DNA of 64,000 nt, taken from a virus. Taxonomy: Duplodnaviria > Caudoviricetes. Of the stretch, positions 57,601-64,000 are shown in pieces; position 1 is the stretch's first letter; every line of letters starts with the position of its first letter. The position numbers were made by a program, and so were the translations under genes. The notes under the pieces were generated by a model. It saw nothing but the letters and a program-made list of their open reading frames with translations. It had not been told where the DNA came from and searched no databases. The stretch is from the IMG/VR virus record IMGVR_UViG_2599185230_000001, positions 32,001 to 96,000 of that record. One strand, written 5' to 3'.

Positions 57601-57919
57601 CTTGCCCACGGTTGCCTCCAGCGTTTCGGCAAATTGTGATACTTATAGAAGTGTCATTCCCTGGGTCGTCGGTGGCCGTCGAGGTATTAAGCGTCATTTC
57701 GTCGGTTGGCACGTGTTCAACTATACCCAGGGCATCTACGGTAAAATGCCAGGAATTTAAGGCAGTGTCGTCGGTGTTCAAAAGGTTGGCGTAAAAATTG
57801 GCGTCTGCGTAAGCCGCCAGGTTGTCGGCGTCATGTATAACAATGCAAGAAGGGTTGATATATAGTTTGGGTCTGTTTGGCCGCCCGCCAGGAATATGGT
57901 TTTTTGTTATGGACGCCAT
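54623..57919 (-). CDS. Tail spike / Tal protein with N-terminal amidase-like domain and C-terminal beta-helix
   Basis: TALYGRGKG, VRLGDNV, FTADLITAG, YYIDAVNGRDDNTG..PLRTIQKAI. Confidence 0.88.
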   Translation of the reverse strand: MASITKNHIPGGRPNRPKLYINPSCIVIHDADNLAAYADANFYANLLNTDDTALNSWHFTVDALGIVEHVPTDEMTLNTSTATDDPGNDTSISITICRNAGGNRGQAEQNALWLIRYLQALYSIPTKNVVPHRYFDQGADCPKLLLPRWDEFVRNLEQRDTVINPDRHLFIFDKSEIIRAVLTNGSPTACPYYDAVHKEQINGENTLEFYMPAQHEDTQYVATESLVAIKDLDEEFYQLFVVKEVEETHESTVYKRVFCEHAALELVDEIVEDRRPENETARNLLAIMLSGTRWEVGIVSEMGTVSQLNFYYESVLSGIHKIIDTFNCEVRYRVKLAGGKITGRYVDLLQSRGTNTGRRFQYTRDMKKVTRTADSTVVKTALYGRGKGEESGDGYGRRINFADVIWEKADGYPVDKPMGQEWVGDPDALATFGRINYDGTLRHRFGIYENEEQTDPEALLRETWEALQQNKTPLMEYVMDVVDLEKVTGYASEKVRLGDNVVCIDNEFNPPLSVEARVIELARHLDEPEKAEVKLGNFLPKVSDTLARLERVEKKINDKEGVWDSKVGTPNGYIDTLRAEVRAGQGTVKLSHHNGILITDNDYSPTKAMRLLGGVLAIANSKDLVTGEWNWTTFGTADGFTADLITAGTMSFDRARGGTLVLGGPGNGYGRLQVYNEGGDVIADLDARVGGFRELYVGKLTSNTIQVNYDNDIYYIDAVNGRDDNTGLDPSQPLRTIQKAIDKVPRFNFGVVTIQCAAGQTFYETIAIQGYYGSGQLAIELQGSVLNGNIAIHSNGMDVFLEDGIINDVPLAGELNGQAATVYVTDSRLQALRIDVNTNSLCQWGLLAASSYISLDRCSFYGAADVAVEAGEGSTVNITDCTGTAPTGLRADGPSIIAGGGTAPQGDTANTETINGGQITGVFTAEAGNENTKFESNTCIMGHYSTKLAVWNEYENWNGDYKGAIQGAWDNSGNHKSLYFLPVDFIKENWYEINPKSVLKCFLRLTRYAEGGYPKEEPLYLYMHNYTDIPYQGEPQLIFPIGIMPGLAWGEERWVEVPTWTLTQIINGNAKGFALYSPNGDHYAKYKEYLTYKAVLGL

Positions 57920-57970
57920 TTATCCACCCCCTTAAATTAAAAGGAAACGGCATCCCAAAGGACGCCGTTG

Positions 57971-60900
57971 TTACAGCCATTTTTCTTGATATTGTATGGT
58001 TACGTCACACTTTGCAGCTGGTTCCAAAGTAAATTCATTCAAGCCACGGTCTAACATAAAGAAGTCAGAAGACACGTCCAGGCAGTTCATGGCCCGCAGT
58101 CCGTTCACCTCTATAGTCGCCCTGTCATTGTCAATTACAAGTATGTCCCCGTGTTGGAAGTCATAAGTCACTAATACGTGCTTGCTTCCCTTCTGTAACT
58201 TGACGTAAGGGATCGGGGCTTTTACTTTCATGGTAAATAACGGGTAAGTCCTTGCGGTTCCGTTATACGTCAAGCAAGGGGATTCTACGGCCCCCACGCC
58301 CAGGTTGCCGTCAAAAGCCATTAGACAGGAGGTGTTTTCGTCCAGCGGCAGCGGGCCGCCTGTATCATTGGCCGCCAGTTCTGCGGTTGTGCGGACTATT
58401 TTAGAAGCCCTTACTTCATCAATGGTGTTGTTCCATTGTTCGGAAGTGTCAAAACTGCTTCCCAGGAATATGGTTCCCTTTTCGTCTATGTTGGCGGGGG
58501 TCGCCAGGGTCGCGGTGCCCCACTCCACGCCGTCAATCAAAAGCCACACCTGGCTCCCGTTCCAGCGGGCCGCAAAGACGTGGCTGCCCACCATGGCAAT
58601 GCCCGAAGTTTTAATGACCAGAGTATTGTTAAAATGCAATTCATAGGTTCCGTCAGTCAGCTTTTTAAATAGGAAGCGGCTTCCTTCGGCCCCGTGGCTG
58701 TCCCATAAAAAGGCGTTGCGGTCAGTCCGCCCGTCCTCAAAAGCCCTGACTTCGAAGGTGCCCTGGTCGCTTTCCAGGCCGCCGCCCATGTCCAGGGTCA
58801 GGGTTTCCGGTTCACGGGTGCCCACTGTCCAGGTCGTTTGATAGGGCTTTTCTTCAAGCTGCCATTTGGTCACGCCGCTGGGGGTTAGCTTTAATTCCGC
58901 CGTGGCCGGGGTCACGGTAATCAGGTTTCCGGTTTTGTGGTTTGACACTTTAAAGATCAGGCTGTGTAAGGTCGGTGGTTCAGGTGACGTTACTGTTTTA
59001 AGGGTAGCTCTAGTCATAACGGTTATACCTGAAAGACTTTGACCGGGGATTAGCCCGGAAATTGCCCCTCCGTTGGTCGCCGCCTGCCACGAAGTCCCGG
59101 CGTCCACGCTGGTTTCTACGGTAAGGGAAGCACCGGCGGGCACGGTGGCCGTCCATGAAATGACACTTGAAAAATAGGCTTCCACGTTGGAAATATCGTA
59201 GGCCGCAGAACTCCTTGTGCCGGTGTTGGCCTTGCTTATATTTATAGCTAGGTCTGTTAACTGAGGCGTTTGCTTTTGGTCGGCGGTCGGGGTTAGTGTC
59301 GCTCGGTATTGCAGCTTCGCTCCGCTTGCAATCACGGAACCGCTAGGCAAGCCGGGGACGGCCCCGCCTTTGGCTACAGTTTGCCAGCCCGCCCAGGTCG
59401 TCCCGTCTGGGGCGTAGTTGGTTTGCACGGTCAGGCCCGCCCCGGTGGGCACAACGCTGCCCCAGGTTATGGTTGAAGTCATAACGATGGACGGCGAAAG
59501 TGTCATAATGGGGGAGGTATAGGTGCCTGTTAATCTGTAAACGTCTTTAGCCGCGATTTCCACGGTAATATCAGACACTTTCGGGGTCTGCGTCGGATCG
59601 GACGTGGCTAGCGTTACCCTCCATTTAAGGCTTTTGCCCGCCACGTCAGTGTCGGGGGCTAGGCCAGGAATTTCCCCACCGTTGGTGCATTGTGCCCAGG
59701 TAGTCCCGCCGTCAAGCGTCACTTCTACCTTTACGGTTGTGCTGGCGGAAGGCGTTATTTCCGTCCATGCGATACGGCTTGTCGCCACGGTGCCCACGGT
59801 TGAAATGTTGTAAGCGGGGGACACGCGGCTGCCCGTGGATTTATACTGGTCTGTGGTCGTGGTTTCGTCCCACTGTACGGTAAAGTCGTCCACATAACAG
59901 CGGTAGCCGTGGCCGCCGTCTTCCCAGCTGACGTTATAGCTCCGCCCAGGGGTTAAGTTATAGCTTGTAAATGTCCAGTAATTGGCCGCCGATAATTTTC
60001 TGATCAGGGTGCCGTTCACGTAAATTTCCGTTATTCCGCTACTGGGATACGTGGGGAAATTCATTTTTGCGTTCTCAGCCCCCGCCGGAATGACAAAAAT
60101 AGTGTACCCGTAATAATTTGTAGTGTAAGAATAATCGCCACTCCAATGCTGATTTGAAGAATTGTCGAAGTAATACCATTGAAAGAAATTACCCACTGTT
60201 GTGCTTTCGTCATCTTCAAAGGTGGCCTTTTTAATTATGTGTTGCGTGCTTGTTACTTGCTCGGTGGCCAGCTTCAGTTCACCGTTTGCGTTGGCCGTAA
60301 CGTCTGTAAGCGTGCCCCCTAGAAAGTCGGCCTGAGTCGTTTCGGTTTTAGCGTAGTCGGTGCCCGAAGGTATTTTGGTTAATTCCACAAGGCCGCCCGC
60401 CGTGGCCTGGGTGTTGCTGTGGGTTCCGTTAAAGTCGCCCTGGATCGTGTCGGCGTTGCTGAAAGCTGGTTCAAGTGTCAATTTTAAATCTGTATCATCG
60501 GTATGAACTCCGCTTTGGGTGCCTGTGGCCAGGTCGTCCATAAAGACGTGTTCGAGTGTCACGGCCTGGTCTGTCCCTTCGGTTGAAAGGGTATAAATTG
60601 CCCCAGGTGTCAACGCGGTTAAGGTTTCTTCCGCCGGGGCTTCTGCAGTTTGCATATGGTTTGTGGTTCCTTCTTCAATAAAGACGGCCTCCCCGTACTG
60701 GCCCGCCTTATAGCGTGGCTGGTTTACAGAGTAGGATGTGCCGTCTTCCAGAAAGGCTGCCGAGGCCCTGGCAAACACCGGGTTAGGTTTGGCCACGGCC
60801 ACGGTTTGGTTAATCAATTGCCCGGCGGCAAAGGGTTCAGGGCATAAAAAAAGCAGGTTTCCCTGTCCGTTGTAAACGATTTCGTCAATATCCGTTTCAC

Positions 60901-61201
60901 CAGTTACCCGTGCCATGTATATTTTGTCGGGTTCGTCGCTAAAAACAAGCGGCTTCAAGTCGTCCTGGTATAACCAGTCGGCCAGTTGACGGGCCTTTAC
61001 GCGTAACTCTTCCCATGACGCCGCCTTTATGGTCACGGCCACCTCAATTTGTCTTACGCCCAGTTCCGTGCCAAAGTCTAAGGCCCCCGCCCGCTTTGGT
61101 ATGCTCACTGTTTTAGAGGCCACAGGAGGTAAAATGCTTTGCCTAACCACGTTTACTGTCACGTAGGTTTTACTATCTATTCCATTAAAAGAAAATGACA
61201 C
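57971..61201 (-). CDS. Evolved distal tail protein (Dit) with inserted repeats and a LamG domain
   Basis: Dit N-terminus (LVFSDEPDKIY...FLCPEPF) and C-terminus (SDFFMLDRGLN...YQEKWL) flank a large insert. Confidence 0.85.
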   Translation of the reverse strand: MSFSFNGIDSKTYVTVNVVRQSILPPVASKTVSIPKRAGALDFGTELGVRQIEVAVTIKAASWEELRVKARQLADWLYQDDLKPLVFSDEPDKIYMARVTGETDIDEIVYNGQGNLLFLCPEPFAAGQLINQTVAVAKPNPVFARASAAFLEDGTSYSVNQPRYKAGQYGEAVFIEEGTTNHMQTAEAPAEETLTALTPGAIYTLSTEGTDQAVTLEHVFMDDLATGTQSGVHTDDTDLKLTLEPAFSNADTIQGDFNGTHSNTQATAGGLVELTKIPSGTDYAKTETTQADFLGGTLTDVTANANGELKLATEQVTSTQHIIKKATFEDDESTTVGNFFQWYYFDNSSNQHWSGDYSYTTNYYGYTIFVIPAGAENAKMNFPTYPSSGITEIYVNGTLIRKLSAANYWTFTSYNLTPGRSYNVSWEDGGHGYRCYVDDFTVQWDETTTTDQYKSTGSRVSPAYNISTVGTVATSRIAWTEITPSASTTVKVEVTLDGGTTWAQCTNGGEIPGLAPDTDVAGKSLKWRVTLATSDPTQTPKVSDITVEIAAKDVYRLTGTYTSPIMTLSPSIVMTSTITWGSVVPTGAGLTVQTNYAPDGTTWAGWQTVAKGGAVPGLPSGSVIASGAKLQYRATLTPTADQKQTPQLTDLAINISKANTGTRSSAAYDISNVEAYFSSVISWTATVPAGASLTVETSVDAGTSWQAATNGGAISGLIPGQSLSGITVMTRATLKTVTSPEPPTLHSLIFKVSNHKTGNLITVTPATAELKLTPSGVTKWQLEEKPYQTTWTVGTREPETLTLDMGGGLESDQGTFEVRAFEDGRTDRNAFLWDSHGAEGSRFLFKKLTDGTYELHFNNTLVIKTSGIAMVGSHVFAARWNGSQVWLLIDGVEWGTATLATPANIDEKGTIFLGSSFDTSEQWNNTIDEVRASKIVRTTAELAANDTGGPLPLDENTSCLMAFDGNLGVGAVESPCLTYNGTARTYPLFTMKVKAPIPYVKLQKGSKHVLVTYDFQHGDILVIDNDRATIEVNGLRAMNCLDVSSDFFMLDRGLNEFTLEPAAKCDVTIQYQEKWL

Positions 61202-61202
61202 T

Positions 61203-63737
61203 TTATAGTACCCCCTTCGCACGTTGGCTCCGCTTGGTCAGTCTGTAAAGTTCTGCGGCTATGCGTTCTATGTCGGCTTCTTCACGTACTACCATTTGCT
61301 GCACGTTAATGTTGACGCCGCCACCTCCGCCAGCTTGTTGCATTTGGTTGGCGATTTCCGCAGCAAAAGGCCGCATACGGTTTCCCTGTAATGGTATGGC
61401 AGCTTCCGGGCCAGCCTCACCTATGATAATGTTTGAAGCACCTGTGAAAATACCGCCATTTGCGTACCCTGGGGGGTTGCCGTTATTTTTGCTACTTCCG
61501 CCGCTTACAGTACCTTTGGCGGCACTTGCCGAACTTCGGGCGGCGTCTGCGGCTTTGGATGCTGCCTTGCTTGCCAGGCTTTTAGCTTTGTCGTAGGCAT
61601 CCTGGGCTTTCTGTAACACATTTTTAATAGTATCCAGAACACTATTTAAGGCCGATTTCATACTATCAACGGCATTGGTAACGGTAGACTTGGCACTATT
61701 TATGGCATCGGAAATGGTGGTTTTAATGCTGTTCCACGCGTTTGAAACGTCTGTTTTAATAGCCGTCCAGGTGCTTGAAAGAAAAGACTTAACGCTATTC
61801 CACACACTGGTTGTATTGGACTGGATATTACTCCACGCCGTTTGTATAAGCTGTTTAATAGCGTCTATGGTCGTTTGGATGAGCTGTTTAATGCTGTTCC
61901 ATGTTGTTTGCAGGAAAGATTTAATAGTGTTGTAAACTTGTTCTGTATTGGACTTAATAGCGTTCCAGGCATTTTGGATCAATGCTTTTAGGTTGTTCAG
62001 GGTTGTGTCCGTTAACTGTTTAATGCTATTCCAGGTTGATTGCAAGAAGGACTTGATAGCGTTCCACACGGTTTCCGTTGTGGACTTAATCGCGTTCCAG
62101 GCTGTTTCCACCGTGCTTTTAGTCCAGTTCAGATCGTTTTGGAACATTTGTTTTATAAAGTCCCATATTGATTGCAACATGGTCTTAATACCGTTCCACA
62201 CGGTGTCCGTGACACTTTTGACAGCGTCCCAGCCGTTTTGCACTACATTTTTGACACTTTCAGCAGAAGTGTTGGTAACGTCCGATATCGCTTTCCATGC
62301 TGTTTGTATGGAGCTTTTTATAGCTTCCCAGCCGGTTTCAGTAAAAGCCTTCGTATCATCCCAGGCTTTTGAAACAGTATCCTTTATGGCGTCCCAGGTT
62401 TCGCCTGCTTTATTTTCAAGTTCAGCCCAGGATTTCTTTAAAAACGCGGCTATTTCGTCGGACTTTGCGTATAAGGTGCCCAGTACCATAATTAAGGCCG
62501 TTACCCCTGCAGCGATTCCCGCCATGGGCAAGGTCACGGCGGTAAAGGCCGTCACCAGAAGTCCCATAACTACCAAAACAGGGCCGATTGCGACGGCGAG
62601 TGCGGCCACTATAGCAATGACGGTTTTTACTTCCGGTGAAAAGCCGCTAAAAGTGCGGGTTAGTTTTAATACAAGTTCTGTAACGGTTTCTATAGCGGGC
62701 CTCATTACGTCGTAGAAGGAAAGCATTAACCCTTCCACGGCGGAGGATAGTTCAATAAAGCCGCCTTTGGTGTTGTTGGTTATGGTGTCGGCCATTTTCT
62801 TGGCCGCCCCGTCGGAGTTTTCCAGTTCCTTTGTAAATTGTTCCAGGCCGTCTCCACCTTGCTGAAGAAGTGCCAAAAGTCCAGGGCCAGCCTCAATACC
62901 CACCAGTTCCATAGCGGTGGCAGTATCTATGCCCGCCCCTTTCAGCGTGGTTAATATTTCGGCCAGGGAATGGGTCTGCGGGTTCACGTCGTCAAAGGTC
63001 AGGCCCATTTTAGCTAAGGCGTCAGTTGTCCTTGTGGTTGGGTTCAATAGCTGGGAGATGATACCCCGAAGGGCCGTGCCAGCTTTTTCACCCTTAATGC
63101 CCGCATTACTTAAAAGCCCGATTGCAGCGGACATTTCCTCCACAGACATTCCAGCAGCGGAAGCAATAGGTGCTATATATGAAAAGGCCAGCCCCAGCCC
63201 TTGAATGTCGGTGTTAGATGCGGCGGCGGACTTGGCCAGCACGTCGGCAACGTGGGCCGTTTTGTCGGCGGACATTCCAAAACCTGAAAGGATATTGGAA
63301 GCAATGTCAGCGGCGGTTCCCAGGTCAACGGCCCCTGCCGCCGCCATGCTTAAAAGTCCAGGCATAGCCTTCATAATGTCGTTTGTGGTGTAACCGGCTT
63401 GTCCTAAAAAGGTCATGGCTTCGGCGGCTTGCGTGGCACTAAATTGGGTTGTTGAGCCGAGGTCTTTTGCTTGGGCGGTTAGTTTATCCATTTCCCCGCC
63501 CGTGGCCCCCGTAACGGCTTGCACTTTTGACATGGTGGCGTCAAAGTTACTGCCTACGGCCACAACAGCCGTGCCCAGGGCTGTAAGGGGGGTCGTTACG
63601 GCCAGCGACAAGGTTTTACCTATACTTGTTAATTTGGTGCCCACGTCAGATACGCTTTGCTGAGCCGAGTTCAGTTGTCGCTGTAAGTCGCTGATGTCTG
63701 CGGTAAAACGTACTAATACACTGCTTAACGCACTCAA
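61203..63737 (-). CDS. Tail tape measure protein
   Basis: TP901-type core (FSATQAAEAM..LGQAG) and 11/22-aa Trp repeats. Confidence 0.95.
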   Translation of the reverse strand: MSALSSVLVRFTADISDLQRQLNSAQQSVSDVGTKLTSIGKTLSLAVTTPLTALGTAVVAVGSNFDATMSKVQAVTGATGGEMDKLTAQAKDLGSTTQFSATQAAEAMTFLGQAGYTTNDIMKAMPGLLSMAAAGAVDLGTAADIASNILSGFGMSADKTAHVADVLAKSAAASNTDIQGLGLAFSYIAPIASAAGMSVEEMSAAIGLLSNAGIKGEKAGTALRGIISQLLNPTTRTTDALAKMGLTFDDVNPQTHSLAEILTTLKGAGIDTATAMELVGIEAGPGLLALLQQGGDGLEQFTKELENSDGAAKKMADTITNNTKGGFIELSSAVEGLMLSFYDVMRPAIETVTELVLKLTRTFSGFSPEVKTVIAIVAALAVAIGPVLVVMGLLVTAFTAVTLPMAGIAAGVTALIMVLGTLYAKSDEIAAFLKKSWAELENKAGETWDAIKDTVSKAWDDTKAFTETGWEAIKSSIQTAWKAISDVTNTSAESVKNVVQNGWDAVKSVTDTVWNGIKTMLQSIWDFIKQMFQNDLNWTKSTVETAWNAIKSTTETVWNAIKSFLQSTWNSIKQLTDTTLNNLKALIQNAWNAIKSNTEQVYNTIKSFLQTTWNSIKQLIQTTIDAIKQLIQTAWSNIQSNTTSVWNSVKSFLSSTWTAIKTDVSNAWNSIKTTISDAINSAKSTVTNAVDSMKSALNSVLDTIKNVLQKAQDAYDKAKSLASKAASKAADAARSSASAAKGTVSGGSSKNNGNPPGYANGGIFTGASNIIIGEAGPEAAIPLQGNRMRPFAAEIANQMQQAGGGGGVNINVQQMVVREEADIERIAAELYRLTKRSQRAKGVL

Positions 63738-63763
63738 AAAACACCCACCTTTCTTGGGGCAAT

Positions 63764-63820
63764 AAAAAAAGGGCCGCCATTCGCTACCCACCATCGGAAT
63801 AGCAAATAGCGGCCCCTTTT
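63764..63820 (-). terminator. Long terminator-like hairpin upstream of the tape measure gene
   Basis: GGGCCGCTATTTGCTA...TAGCGAATGGCGGCCC followed by T7. Confidence 0.65.
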
Positions 63821-63824
63821 GCCT

Positions 63825-64000
63825 CTATGCTTTGTTGAATTTCTTCAACAGTTCTTGGAATTGTATGTCCCGTTCTTCACTGGTAATAGGTTTTGCGGCG
63901 GCGGTCTGTGTTTTGCCTAAAAGTTTTTCAGGCGTAATTAATGTTCTATAATTTCCGGTAGCGTTCATAAGGTTGGCCGCCAGCCATGCAGTTCGGTGAT
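63825..64000 (-). CDS. Tail assembly chaperone, C-terminal part
   Basis: HRTAWLAANLMNATGNY..ITPEKLLG..., stop TAG at 63825; position before the tape measure gene. Confidence 0.65.
   Translation of the reverse strand, partial: HRTAWLAANLMNATGNYRTLITPEKLLGKTQTAAAKPITSEERDIQFQELLKKFNKA

Larger units (their letters stand above)
30767..64000 (-). mobile_element. Siphovirus-type prophage (tail, lysis, replication, nucleotide metabolism); continues beyond the right edge; no integrase or att seen
   Basis: Co-oriented tape measure-Dit-Tal-lysis-replisome genes. Confidence 0.93.

Noticed and set aside
61700-62450. 33/66-bp periodic repeats
   Set aside because: Ordinary tape-measure Trp repeats, not an array

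Overview
The window holds three adjacent mobile elements plus a small AT-rich island; the gene content points to a spore-forming, anaerobic Firmicute host. (1) 1-14551 is one arm of a Mu-like transposable prophage. It carries a repressor with five operators, a Ner-like protein, MuA, MuB, GemA, a DnaD-like/DnaC pair, an endolysin, Mor, DUF3486, a NusG/LoaP-type antiterminator and the start of the large terminase. Its TGT terminus appears to have landed in the last codons of a tyrosine integrase. (2) 14552-28030 is a decayed integrative element ending at tRNA-Cys. It has a tyrosine integrase, a C5 methyltransferase, Spo0E-like and ferritin-like cargo, a long hairpin-rich non-coding tract, two stacked cro/cI switches, ImmA, an antitoxin-HicA-like pair and a broken serine recombinase. 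(3) 28617-30569 is a divergent pair: a P-loop ATPase and a protein with mTERF-like repeats. (4) About 30767 to the window end is a siphovirus-type prophage. It encodes its own PolA replisome, class III RNR, ThyX, dUTPase, a sigma-like factor, lysis and cell-wall cargo and tail genes, and has five copies of an exactly spaced promoter-like motif. Best leads: the bacterial mTERF-like protein and its ATPase neighbour, the LoaP-like protein with a downstream UUCG hairpin, the TGTCACA-N13-CCGGTAGATAGCT motif, and the degenerate amidase fused N-terminally to the tail protein. All family calls are by-eye motif recognition; no database searches were run.
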